This document shows, in pieces, positions 19,874-29,032 of a DNA stretch of 39,736 bases (positions are counted from its first letter, which is position 1; the number at the start of each line of letters is the position of its first letter). The stretch spans positions 1 through 39,736 of the forward strand of contig JAGGRW010000200.1 of NCBI GenBank assembly GCA_021159385.1. The letters run 5' to 3'. This DNA is from Methanosarcinales archaeon (GTDB lineage: Archaea > Halobacteriota > Methanosarcinia > Methanosarcinales > Methanogasteraceae). A program made the translations under genes and the position numbers. Under the pieces are notes generated by a model. The model saw only the letters and a list, made by a program, of their open reading frames with translations. It was not told where the DNA came from and did not search any database.

Positions 19874-20230
19874 TCACTTCTCCCAGATTCCCAACAGTCC
19901 GAGCAAAAATCCTATAAGCAGCCCTGCGATGGCGGCTAACGCTATGGCAAGTATGGGGTGGCTATACCAGAATCGGTTATATGCATTATCCACCACACTC
20001 AGTTGATAGAGTTTGTCCCGAACCGGCGGAACCGCCATGAAAAGTATGACTGCTATCAAAAAGAGTATGTGGGTCCAGCTTATCTGGTCCAATTCGACGT
20101 CTCCCTTTAGATAGAAGTAAATAAAACCCAGGATACCGCTGAATAGCAGAAATCCAAAGAGACCTATCGCTTTCAAAGCTGTTTTTACACTTGTTGATTG
20201 TTTACGTTTTTCAGGATCTATGGTTTTCAT
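19874..20230 (-). CDS. Hypothetical 3-TM membrane protein inside the array (slot G)
   Basis: ATGA overlap with the upstream gene; lacks the DER and WYYNR motifs. Confidence 0.7.
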   Translation of the reverse strand: MKTIDPEKRKQSTSVKTALKAIGLFGFLLFSGILGFIYFYLKGDVELDQISWTHILFLIAVILFMAVPPVRDKLYQLSVVDNAYNRFWYSHPILAIALAAIAGLLIGFLLGLLGIWEK

Positions 20231-20631
20231 ACGATCTCACCTCTGCGGTTGTAGTACCATTTGAGTATAAGGAATGAATATGCTCCGACAAGCAGGGTTG
20301 TCCAATACATATCTTCAAGTTCAATGCCGAGCGACCAAATTTTGTCTGCCCAAAATAGAATTATTACAGATAACACGACCATCCAGCCAGCATTATATCC
20401 TGCTTTTTCAGTGATTCTTGTAATCCGTTCATCTGCTATAAGCTCTGTTTTTGGTTTTGTCGCGGTGTATACCGCCCTGGTAAATATAAATAGTCCGGCA
20501 AAAATTAAACCAAATCCTATGAAAAATGTGGTTTTAGAGGGTGCTTGAAACATCAACACCACACCCAATAAAACCACCACCAGACCGACTCTTAAAAGTC
20601 GTAAAATATCTTTATCTTTTCTGAATTTCAT
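20227..20631 (-). CDS. DUF2178-like membrane protein (array member F)
   Basis: KPKTELIADERITRITEKAGYNAGW...WYYNRRGE. Confidence 0.87.
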   Translation of the reverse strand: MKFRKDKDILRLLRVGLVVVLLGVVLMFQAPSKTTFFIGFGLIFAGLFIFTRAVYTATKPKTELIADERITRITEKAGYNAGWMVVLSVIILFWADKIWSLGIELEDMYWTTLLVGAYSFLILKWYYNRRGEIV

Positions 20632-21041
20632 ACGATCTCACCCCTCCGGTTGTAATACCATTTAAATATAAATCGTGAGTATATCCCTACTCCCATGATA
20701 AAGATGCATAGGTCCCTAAGTTCGAGGTTTACTGACCAGATTATATCCACCATGATCACGGTTAATACAAATGACGAAACCATCCCAAATGCAGAATTGC
20801 CCGCCTTTTCATTGATTCTCGTGACCCTTTCATCCGCTACAAGTTCTGTTTTTGGTTTTGATGTTGTCGCAGCATACAACGCTGAAAGCGATGTGATCAA
20901 CCCAATAATAATTAAATATAATCCAGCATAAAACGTAGCTCTATACCCTGTCGGGAATTGAATCGCAAGCATCCCCAATAGAATCAATCCAATACCAATG
21001 CCTAAAGCAAATAAAATCCTTTTATTTGTTCTTATTTTCAT
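20628..21041 (-). CDS. DUF2178-like membrane protein (array member E)
   Basis: KPKTELVADERVTRINEKAGNSAF...WYYNRRGE. Confidence 0.87.
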   Translation of the reverse strand: MKIRTNKRILFALGIGIGLILLGMLAIQFPTGYRATFYAGLYLIIIGLITSLSALYAATTSKPKTELVADERVTRINEKAGNSAFGMVSSFVLTVIMVDIIWSVNLELRDLCIFIMGVGIYSRFIFKWYYNRRGEIV

Positions 21042-21063
21042 TTACATCGCCCGCGTTCTCAAA

Positions 21064-21174
21064 TTAAAACACGAAGTCACCCAACGACTCCGCTACTCTT
21101 ATCAGCTCGTCCGTCTCAAGTTCCTCCTGAGTCAGGCTGTATCGCGCCCACAGTTCCTCGATTCTGGTTTTCAC
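21064..21174 (-). pseudogene. Chimeric remnant: XRE-HTH N-terminus fused to a LolA-like lipoprotein C-terminus
   Basis: VKTRIEELWARYSLTQEEL|ETDELIRVAESL; the halves match 19148 (HTH start) and 22822 (lipoprotein end). Confidence 0.85.
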
Positions 21175-21572
21175 ACGATATCCTCCCTTCGATTATAATA
21201 CCATCTGAGTATAACAAACGAAAGCATTCCAACAAAGAAAATATCAGGTGAAACGCTCTTATAGCTAAGATCTAATCTCCAGAACATAGCTATTGATTGA
21301 ACAAGAGCCCCGGTCCCAAGGAGAATCCAGAACGCGTGATAACCTGCCTTTTCATTGACTCTCACAGACCTTTCGTCCTGTATCAGATCTTCTTTTCTTG
21401 CTGCTGTGATGATGGCTATGATGATCGCAATAATCCCCGCGATGATCAGGACCGAACCGATCCCGAAATAGGTAGGACCGGAAAGAAAACTCATTATGAG
21501 GATACCGGCGAGGATTAATAGAACAGCAATGCCTGAGAAACGCAGGATATCTTTATCTTTTCTTATTTTCAT
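21171..21572 (-). CDS. DUF2178-like membrane protein (array member D)
   Basis: MKIRKDKDILR...[19 protein letters not shown]...WYYNRRED. Confidence 0.87.
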   Translation of the reverse strand: MKIRKDKDILRFSGIAVLLILAGILIMSFLSGPTYFGIGSVLIIAGIIAIIIAIITAARKEDLIQDERSVRVNEKAGYHAFWILLGTGALVQSIAMFWRLDLSYKSVSPDIFFVGMLSFVILRWYYNRREDIV

Positions 21573-21976
21573 ACTACATCCCCTCTCCTGTTGTAGTACC
21601 ATCTGAATATAAACCAGGAATATATTCCTACTAACAGGGTTGTCCAGTACATATCCTCAAGTTCGAGGTCTAATGACCAGATTTTATCTGCCCAAAACAG
21701 AATCATTACAGCTAACAAAACCAGCCAGCCTGCAGTATAACCTGCTTTTTCATTGATTCTCGTAACCCTTTCATCTACTATAAGTTCTGTTTTTGGTTTT
21801 GTCGCGGCGTGTGACGTCATGACAAACATAAATAGCCCAGTAAAAGTTAAACCAAGTCCTATGAAAAATAGGGCTTTAGATTGTGCTTGAAATATCAACA
21901 TAACCACACCCAACAGAACCGACCCCAGACCAATTCCTGAAGTGAGTAAAATCTTTTTATCGGTTCTTATTTTCAT
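21569..21976 (-). CDS. DUF2178-like membrane protein (array member C)
   Basis: KPKTELIVDERVTRINEKAGYTAGW...WYYNRRGD. Confidence 0.87.
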   Translation of the reverse strand: MKIRTDKKILLTSGIGLGSVLLGVVMLIFQAQSKALFFIGLGLTFTGLFMFVMTSHAATKPKTELIVDERVTRINEKAGYTAGWLVLLAVMILFWADKIWSLDLELEDMYWTTLLVGIYSWFIFRWYYNRRGDVV

Positions 21977-21977
21977 T

Positions 21978-22373
21978 TTATTTACCCTCTACCCTGTTGT
22001 AATACCATCCAAGTATAACAAACGAAAACACACCGATAAGAAGAGTCGCCGAGAGCGTACCTCTAATTTCAAGATTGTATAACCCTCTTTCATCTGCCAG
22101 TAACAGCAGTCCGCCAGACATTACAATTATCCAGAATGCGGCATATCCCGCCCTCTGATCATTTTTCTCTGTCCTTTCATCAGGCAGGACTTCTGTTTCC
22201 GGTCTTCGCATGGCGTACAATGCTGAACCAAGCATGATCAGTCCGACCCAGATAAGAGAACAGTGCTTAAAATCATAACTATGAAGACAATTGATTATGC
22301 CCCCCAAAACCATCACGGTTCCTGCCAGTAAGCCCCCTATAACGAATGCATCCTTGTGGTTTCTAATTTTCAC
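21978..22373 (-). CDS. DUF2178-like membrane protein (array member B)
   Basis: GTG start overlaps the upstream stop; PDERTEKNDQRAGYAAF...WYYNR. Confidence 0.85.
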   Translation of the reverse strand: MKIRNHKDAFVIGGLLAGTVMVLGGIINCLHSYDFKHCSLIWVGLIMLGSALYAMRRPETEVLPDERTEKNDQRAGYAAFWIIVMSGGLLLLADERGLYNLEIRGTLSATLLIGVFSFVILGWYYNRVEGK

Positions 22374-22780
22374 TGAATCACATCCCCTTTTCTGTTGTAG
22401 TACCACCTGAGTATGTTCCGCGAAATTATCCCGACAAACATCGCCGCATAGTACATATCCGCGATTTCGATTCCAATCGACCATGCCCGATCCGACCCGA
22501 ATAGAATAGTCATGGATATCAGAACCATCCAGTATGCGGAGTTGCCCGCCCTCTCATTGATTCTTGCAATCCGTTCGTCCGCTACGAGTTCTGTTTCCGG
22601 TTTCGTTGTGGCGTGTAACAATATAGTAAATATAAGCATCCCGGCAACGATCAAACCCATACTAAAGAAGAACTGGGCTCTGGAAGGCGTCCAAAAAGCC
22701 AGTATAGCTACACCCACCGCGATCACGCTTATACTTACCCCCATAGACAGTTTAATCTTCGTATCTGTTCTTATATTCAT
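22370..22780 (-). CDS. DUF2178-like membrane protein (array member A)
   Basis: KPETELVADERIARINERAGNSAY...WYYNRKGD. Confidence 0.87.
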   Translation of the reverse strand: MNIRTDTKIKLSMGVSISVIAVGVAILAFWTPSRAQFFFSMGLIVAGMLIFTILLHATTKPETELVADERIARINERAGNSAYWMVLISMTILFGSDRAWSIGIEIADMYYAAMFVGIISRNILRWYYNRKGDVIQ

Positions 22781-22821
22781 CCGGTATCACCCCTTCCCGC
22801 ACAAAATAAAAAAATACGGAG

Positions 22822-23916
22822 TCATGTCATCGACTCCGCTACGTTCACCAGCTCGTCCTTCTCAAGCCCACCAGACAGCGAATAATCGATGCCATCTGCG
22901 CTCCACTGAAGCGTGTTCATACCGAACATGGACGTAAACTCTCCGTCAGTGCCATTGATGCTCACAATCTCGGGTTCGCCCATTCGCGGTCCGGACTGTT
23001 CCGTATCGTCACTGATCCACTCTGAGAGATACAATCGCTCATCTCCGTTCGTATATTTCAGCGATACGACCTCCCGCTCGCCACCAGTCACCATTGCATG
23101 GTCGTCTAATTCGTATCCTTCCGGCAGATATGACGGGGTTCTCAGATCGAATGTGAGGTTCGCCCTCGCTTCCTCAAGCGTCATCTTCTCAGGCATCCTA
23201 TCCTCAAACGATTCCTCCACGACCTCAGCACCAACCGGTGCCTCGAATATGAACTCGCTGTCAGGGATGCCGGTGTTAAACGTTATATCCCGGTATTCAA
23301 CCTTCACCATTGGATTGCCGTCCGCATCGTACATCTCCGTCCCGAGCAGCATCCAGTTTTCACGATCGACCCATACGCGTGTCTTAGCGATGAATTTACG
23401 CTTAGATTCATCCTTGGGCGTTGCCTCGATCACATAAGTGCTCCGCCCGCCGACATTCTCGGTGCCCTTGTATGATATGTCGTTCTCATCCATGAGATCC
23501 TTTACGATGCTGGTGTAATCCATCTCAAACGGTTCATCCCCCATATCAGGGAGTTCCGTCTTCGTCACCTGATTCTTTGCAGGGTCGTACATCCACATCG
23601 TGCTGCCATTCCTGATCATCACCGTGCCTGCAAATTCGGCTGGCTCGATGAATTCGGAGCGGGTTTTATCCGGCATTTTGGTCATGATCGTTGCATGCGT
23701 GGTTTCGGTTTCCCCGCCATACGACGATGTCATGACCATCGTGGCTGAAAAGTCCTTTATGCTCTCCTGCTTCGCTTCCATCCTGGCAGCGATCTGGTCT
23801 GCGGACATTTCAGACATCTGATCGACGCATCCTGTGAACAGGACGGCTGCAAGGACGATTGCGACTGCTGCGATCTGTTTCGTCCGTCTCTCCATTTGTT
23901 TCGTCTGTTTCTTCAC
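22822..23916 (-). CDS. LolA-fold lipoprotein with DUF4367-like C-terminal domain
   Basis: Lipobox LFTGC; KMPDKTRSE, NGSTMWMYDP, WVDRENW, FNTGIPDSEF.F, PSYLPEGY and DELVNVAESM motifs. Confidence 0.85.
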   Translation of the reverse strand: MKKQTKQMERRTKQIAAVAIVLAAVLFTGCVDQMSEMSADQIAARMEAKQESIKDFSATMVMTSSYGGETETTHATIMTKMPDKTRSEFIEPAEFAGTVMIRNGSTMWMYDPAKNQVTKTELPDMGDEPFEMDYTSIVKDLMDENDISYKGTENVGGRSTYVIEATPKDESKRKFIAKTRVWVDRENWMLLGTEMYDADGNPMVKVEYRDITFNTGIPDSEFIFEAPVGAEVVEESFEDRMPEKMTLEEARANLTFDLRTPSYLPEGYELDDHAMVTGGEREVVSLKYTNGDERLYLSEWISDDTEQSGPRMGEPEIVSINGTDGEFTSMFGMNTLQWSADGIDYSLSGGLEKDELVNVAESMT

Positions 23917-23951
23917 CTGTTTTCACCTTCTTATGCTGTCTCTGTTGTTGA

Positions 23952-24003
23952 AGTTACTTATTTCTAACTCCATGTTAGATATAGTTAACATCAAGGTATA
24001 AAA
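23952..24003 (-). promoter_or_regulatory. Promoter of the lipoprotein/DUF2178 operon with two tandem operators
   Basis: TTTTATA (minus strand, 23997-24003) followed by ATGTTA-N8-TAACAT (23972-23991) and AGTTA-N8-TAACT (23952-23969). Confidence 0.7.
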
Positions 24004-24264
24004 GGGTTTCGGGGTCGGGTGCAAGACCCGGTACGTAAAAGTTTCAAAAACAGTGTCGGTAGCAATAGTTCCGAAAGCCGCTTTTCGGATCGACAGTGAT
24101 GCGGAAGCGTTGCGCAGCAGCGCCGGAGGCATAAAAATTGCCAGAAACAGACCCATTTCCCGGGAAACCCAATAATTTTACGCCGCGGAGGAGTCCCCCG
24201 CAACCCCCACAAAAGACTTAATACCAAATCACAAGAATCAACATCACAAGAGGTGCATAACAAT

Positions 24265-26172
24265 ATGGCAAAAATCCTGGGAATTGATCTTGGAACCACG
24301 AACTCCTGCATGGCTGTGATGGAAGCGGGCGAGCCCACCATCATACCGAACGCCGAGGGTGGAAGAACAACTCCTTCTGTCGTCGGATTCTCGAAGACCG
24401 GAGAGCGGCTGGCAGGGCAGATTGCAAAGAGACAGGCGATATTAAATCCGGAACGGACAGTCTCTTCAATCAAACGGCACATAGGCGAGAAGGACTACTC
24501 CGTAGACATCGATGGCAAGAAGTATTCGCCGCAGGAGATCTCTGCCATGATCCTGCAGAAGATGAAAGCCGATGCGGAGGCGTATCTGGGAGAGACGATA
24601 ACAGATGCCGTGATAACGGTGCCCGCGTACTTCGATGACTCCCAGCGGCAGGCGACAAAGGACGCCGGGGCAATAGCCGGGTTCGATGTGAAGCGGATCA
24701 TAAACGAGCCGACTGCGGCTGCGTTCGCTTATGGACTCGACAAGGACGAGGGCGAGCAGACCATCATGGTCTACGATCTCGGTGGTGGCACGTTCGATGT
24801 CTCGATACTTGAGCTTGACCCGAGTATCGGAACGTTCGAGGTGAAATCCACGTCCGGAGACACTCATCTCGGCGGGGACGACTTCGATCAGAAAATTGTG
24901 GATTACATCGTCTCCGAATTCAAGAAACAGGAAGGAATCGATCTATCCCCGGACAAGTCAGTGATGCAGCGGCTCACCGATGCTGCCGAGAAGGCGAAGA
25001 TCGAGCTTTCAGGCGTTGTCACGTCAACGATCAGCTTGCCATTCATAACGGTTGGTCCCGACGGGCAGCCAAAGCATCTCGAGATTACGCTCACTCGTGC
25101 GACATTTGATGAACTGACCGCAGACCTTGTGAATCGGACGATAGCGCCGATGGAGGATGCGCTCAAGAGCGCGGGACTCTCAAAAGGTGCGATCGACCGC
25201 GTACTCCTCGTTGGCGGCTCAACCAGGACGCCATCGATAATCGACGTAGTCGAGCGGATCACCGGAAAGAAGCCATACAAGAACATCAATCCCGACGAGG
25301 CTGTCGCTATGGGCGCGGCGATCCAGGGCGGGGTGCTCTCAGGCGATGTGAAAGACGTGCTGCTTCTGGATGTGACGCCGCTTGCGCTCGGAATCGAGAC
25401 GCTCGGCGGGGTTGCGACGCCACTGATCGAACGAAACACAACGATTCCGACGAAGAAGAGTCAGATATTCTCAACGGCAGCGGACAACCAGCCATCTGTC
25501 GAGATTCACATCCTGCAAGGGGAACGCGGCATTGCATCCGCAAACAAGACGCTCGGCAGGTTCATGCTCGACGGCATCCCGCTTGCTCCGAGGGGAATAC
25601 CGCAGATAGAGGTGACATTCGATATCGATGCGAACGGCATCCTGAACGTGAATGCAAAGGATCTCGGTACCGGAAAGGAGCAGTCGATCACAATCAAGAA
25701 GCCTGGCGGATTGTCCGAAGAGGAGATCAAGCAGATGATCAGGGATGCTGAGGATCATGCTGAAGAGGATAAGAAGCGAAAAGAGGCTGTTGAGACGAGG
25801 AATTCCGCTGAAGCGCTCGTAACCTCCGCTGAAAAGACGCTCAAGGAAGGCGGCGACCTTGTAACTCAGGATCAGCGAGAAACTGTCGAGAACGCGATAG
25901 AAGAGTTGAAGAAAACGCTTGAGAGTGGTGCTGGTGGCGAAGGTGAGGGCGAGGGCGCTGACACGCAGGAGATAAAAAAGAAGACAGAGGCGCTGACAGA
26001 GGCGATCTACCCAATCGCATCCGCCATGTACGAGAAAGGCGCGGCAGATCAGGCAGCAAGCCATGGCGCAGGCCAGGCGACAGGAGCGGAAGGTGCAGAG
26101 GGCGCAGCTGGCGGCGAAGGCGGAGATACTGTAGTCGATGCCGATTACGAGGTCGTGGACGACGAGAAATGA
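24265..26172 (+). CDS. dnaK: Molecular chaperone DnaK (Hsp70)
   Basis: [30 protein letters not shown] and DADYEVVD motifs. Confidence 0.99.
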   Translation: MAKILGIDLGTTNSCMAVMEAGEPTIIPNAEGGRTTPSVVGFSKTGERLAGQIAKRQAILNPERTVSSIKRHIGEKDYSVDIDGKKYSPQEISAMILQKMKADAEAYLGETITDAVITVPAYFDDSQRQATKDAGAIAGFDVKRIINEPTAAAFAYGLDKDEGEQTIMVYDLGGGTFDVSILELDPSIGTFEVKSTSGDTHLGGDDFDQKIVDYIVSEFKKQEGIDLSPDKSVMQRLTDAAEKAKIELSGVVTSTISLPFITVGPDGQPKHLEITLTRATFDELTADLVNRTIAPMEDALKSAGLSKGAIDRVLLVGGSTRTPSIIDVVERITGKKPYKNINPDEAVAMGAAIQGGVLSGDVKDVLLLDVTPLALGIETLGGVATPLIERNTTIPTKKSQIFSTAADNQPSVEIHILQGERGIASANKTLGRFMLDGIPLAPRGIPQIEVTFDIDANGILNVNAKDLGTGKEQSITIKKPGGLSEEEIKQMIRDAEDHAEEDKKRKEAVETRNSAEALVTSAEKTLKEGGDLVTQDQRETVENAIEELKKTLESGAGGEGEGEGADTQEIKKKTEALTEAIYPIASAMYEKGAADQAASHGAGQATGAEGAEGAAGGEGGDTVVDADYEVVDDEK

Positions 26173-26978
26173 CGCAGTCCCGGTCACTGCCCTCCCTGTC
26201 CCTGCGAGACGTTAGCTTCTCGTCACTCTGCGTAACGGATGACCCGTTTGCGTGGGCTCACAGACTCGAGGACATCGGCTTCGGCGGCTGGGAGGTCGTG
26301 CAGGAAGGAAAGCAGGTCGTAGACGACCGGAACATCGGAAAAATGCGCGAGGTCTGTCATACGACAGACCTTGCGATAACGATCCACCTGCCGTTTTCAG
26401 ATCTCAATCTCGCCAGCATGAACCAGCCGATCTGGGAGGAGGTCATGCGGCAGCATAAGTCCTGCATCCGGATTGCTTCCGAGTTCGCGGACCTGATGGT
26501 TGTGCATCCGGGCTACCTCTCGCCTATCGGGGCGCAGATGCCCGATCTTGCGTGGCAGCAGAACATCACCGGGTTGCAGCAGTTGTGCGACTTCGCTAGC
26601 GATTTCGGGGTCAAGATCGCTGTTGAGAACATGCCACGGATGGAGCTCGTCTTCGGAAGGGAACCCGGGGAGATGGCTGGCATGATAGAACTCGCAGATC
26701 GTGAGAATCTCGGCATGACGCTTGATCTTGGACATGCGCACACGACCGGCACGCTCTCCGAGTTTCTACTGATGAAAGAGATCGTGCATGTGCATGTGCA
26801 TGACAACAAAGGGAGGAGGGATGAGCATCTGCCGATCGGAGCTGGCACGATTGCGTGGGATCCTGTGATTAGTGAGTTACGCAAGCGGCACCGCGGGTGC
26901 AGGTTCGTAATCGAAGCGAGGAGTCTTGCGGAGGGGAGCGAGAGTCTGGAGCGGCTGCGTGAGATGGGGTGGCGGTAG
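26169..26978 (+). CDS. Sugar phosphate isomerase/epimerase (xylose isomerase-like TIM barrel)
   Basis: [32 protein letters not shown] and DEHLPIG motifs. Confidence 0.88.
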   Translation: MTQSRSLPSLSLRDVSFSSLCVTDDPFAWAHRLEDIGFGGWEVVQEGKQVVDDRNIGKMREVCHTTDLAITIHLPFSDLNLASMNQPIWEEVMRQHKSCIRIASEFADLMVVHPGYLSPIGAQMPDLAWQQNITGLQQLCDFASDFGVKIAVENMPRMELVFGREPGEMAGMIELADRENLGMTLDLGHAHTTGTLSEFLLMKEIVHVHVHDNKGRRDEHLPIGAGTIAWDPVISELRKRHRGCRFVIEARSLAEGSESLERLREMGWR

Positions 26979-27060
26979 CGCTGTAGTGAAGTGGTATCGG
27001 AGAGCCAGTGTTCATCCTCTGGCAGTGGGACCTTTTCGCACAAAATGAAAAATACAATCA

Positions 27061-27113
27061 ACCGCAGATGAACGCAGATTTGTTAACTCTGGCATCTTTG
27101 TCGCATCTGCGGC
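27061..27113. repeat. REP-like hairpin (ACCGCAGATGAACGCAGAT...ATCTGCGG)
   Basis: CCGCAGATG/CATCTGCGG arms between convergent genes. Confidence 0.65.
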
Positions 27114-27151
27114 TATTCAGATGTCATGAAATTTAGGGCACCACTCGTTTT

Positions 27152-27904
27152 TCAGTCTTTCCCTTTGCCCATTCCAAGCGTGCTCAGCATCTCTACCGGG
27201 AGCGGAATCACAACGGTCGTCGCCTTCTCCTCGGTCGCATCCTTGATCGTCTGGAGCGTCCGGATGTATAGAGCGCCGTTCTGCTCGTTTAACACCTTCG
27301 CAGCATCTGCCAGTTTGATTGATGCCTGCAACTCGCCCTCAGCGTTTATAACCCGTGCTCTCCGGTTCCTTTCCGCCTCTGCCTGCGACGCCATTGCGCG
27401 CTGCATCGCCTCAGGGAGTTCGACGTCTTTTATCTCGACAGCTGAAACCTTGATCCCCCATGGATCGGTGGCTTCGTCGATGATCTCCTGGAGCCTCTTG
27501 TTGATCTTATCCCGCTCGGAGAGAACCTCGTCCAGTTCGACCTGCCCGACGACGCCGCGGAGCGTTGTCAGCGCCATCTGCGCGGTTGCAGCCGAATAAT
27601 GCTCGACCTGTACAACCGCCTTGCTCGGATCCATCACCCGGTAATAGACGACAGCGTTCACACTCGCTGTTACATTATCCTTGGTTATGACCTCCTGCGG
27701 CGGGATATCAAGCACGATCGTCCTCAGATCGACCTTCTGCATCGTCTCGAGTAGCGGGATTATGAAGAAGAGCCCCGGACCACGTGCGCCGACCAGTCTG
27801 CCGAGCCGGAAGATCACGCCGCGCTCGTACTCCTGAACGATCTTTACTGCGCTTCCGAGAACGAGAAGCGCTATTAAAACTATAGGTATTAAATATCCTT
27901 CCAT
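27152..27904 (-). CDS. SPFH/band 7 (stomatin-like) protein
   Basis: YERGVIFRLGR, GPGLFF, ITKDNV and AMASQAEAER motifs. Confidence 0.95.
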   Translation of the reverse strand: MEGYLIPIVLIALLVLGSAVKIVQEYERGVIFRLGRLVGARGPGLFFIIPLLETMQKVDLRTIVLDIPPQEVITKDNVTASVNAVVYYRVMDPSKAVVQVEHYSAATAQMALTTLRGVVGQVELDEVLSERDKINKRLQEIIDEATDPWGIKVSAVEIKDVELPEAMQRAMASQAEAERNRRARVINAEGELQASIKLADAAKVLNEQNGALYIRTLQTIKDATEEKATTVVIPLPVEMLSTLGMGKGKD

Positions 27905-27990
27905 GGTATCACCCGGATACCAATGGTCTTCGTGGTTTATAATGATTTGTGCTGTATGGGGCTGGAGTGGTTGGCGGTGTTGGTGCGAGA

Positions 27991-28030
27991 CTGGTGTGTG
28001 GCTGGTGTGTGGCTGGTGTGTGGCTGGTGT
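27991..28030 (+). repeat. 11-bp tandem repeat CTGGTGTGTGG (~3.6 copies)
   Basis: Read directly, in a divergent intergenic region. Confidence 0.85.
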
Positions 28031-28110
28031 GGTTGGGTTGGTATGTGCTTGGTGTGGAGCCGCTCCACGCCATCGGAAACACTATTACACCGCGCAGCCA
28101 TCGTTTGAAT

Positions 28111-28923
28111 ATGGACGACCTCCTGACACTCGGAAACAAGATCTCCGCCGCAATCACTGATGCGATCGCGCCCATAATCGGCACACCGGAGTCCGGAAAA
28201 GTGCTCTACACCGGCGCAGACGGCACGCCCACGAAGATGATCGACGAGGTGGCAGAAAACGCCGCGCTCAATGTCCTGCGGGACGATGGGCGGAAGATAC
28301 TACTTGTGAGCGAGGAATGCGGCGAGAAACTGATTCATGGAGAGAAAACTGACGTTGCAGGTGGCGACATTGACTTCACGCTCGTTCTCGACCCGCTCGA
28401 TGGGACGTTCAACGTAATTTCCGGAATTCCGTTCTATTCAGTCTCAATAGCAGTAGGGGAACGCGATCTCTCTGACATCTCATTCGGATTCGTGCAGAAC
28501 CTCCATTCAGGCGACGCCTATCACGCAGAGGCAGGAAAAGGCGCGTACCTCAACGGAAAGCGCATCAAGGTCTCAACGAATGACGATTTGCAGAAGTTGA
28601 GCGTCACTGCTTATGCCTATCGGACGGACTCAACGAAGGTGGCTGATCTCGGAAGAACCGTGCGGAGGATCAGGGTTCTCGGGAGCGCGTCGCTTGAGCT
28701 CTGTTATGTCGCAAGCGGAGTCCTTGATGCGTTTGTTGACTTTCGCAGGTATCTCCGGGTGGTTGATATCGCTGCCGGAAAGTTCATCGTGGAGGAGGCT
28801 GGCGGGAAGGTCACAGACACTGTGGGTGCGCAGCTTCGTGGCGAACTCTCGATCACGTCGCGGGTGGATATGGTTGTCTCCAACGGGCCGGTTCATGAAC
28901 GGTTGCTGGAACTGATCGCATAG
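28111..28923 (+). CDS. suhB: Bifunctional fructose-1,6-bisphosphatase/inositol monophosphatase
   Basis: GADGTPT..ID..AE, SEE, DPLDGTFN, RVLGSASLELCYVA and DIAAG motifs. Confidence 0.9.
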   Translation: MDDLLTLGNKISAAITDAIAPIIGTPESGKVLYTGADGTPTKMIDEVAENAALNVLRDDGRKILLVSEECGEKLIHGEKTDVAGGDIDFTLVLDPLDGTFNVISGIPFYSVSIAVGERDLSDISFGFVQNLHSGDAYHAEAGKGAYLNGKRIKVSTNDDLQKLSVTAYAYRTDSTKVADLGRTVRRIRVLGSASLELCYVASGVLDAFVDFRRYLRVVDIAAGKFIVEEAGGKVTDTVGAQLRGELSITSRVDMVVSNGPVHERLLELIA

Positions 28924-29032
28924 TTGGGATAGCCAGACCGTGGAAGCGACCCGAATATTGTATACCGTGTACACCGCTAACGCTTTTCAATAATTCGGAG
29001 ATGCTGTGTACTCCAGGTTCCATGCCATAAAA

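Noticed and set aside
19145-22780. DUF2178 array as an integron or diversity-generating retroelement
   Set aside because: The genes overlap with no room for attC sites; no integrase, reverse transcriptase or adenine-specific template/variable repeat pair is visible.
24004-24264. CIRCE element or tRNA upstream of dnaK
   Set aside because: No TTAGCACTC-N9-GAGTGCTAA and no cloverleaf or T-loop signature was seen.
27949-28110. 54-aa N-terminal extension of the FBPase/IMPase
   Set aside because: It is translated tandem repeat; family similarity begins at ATG 28111.
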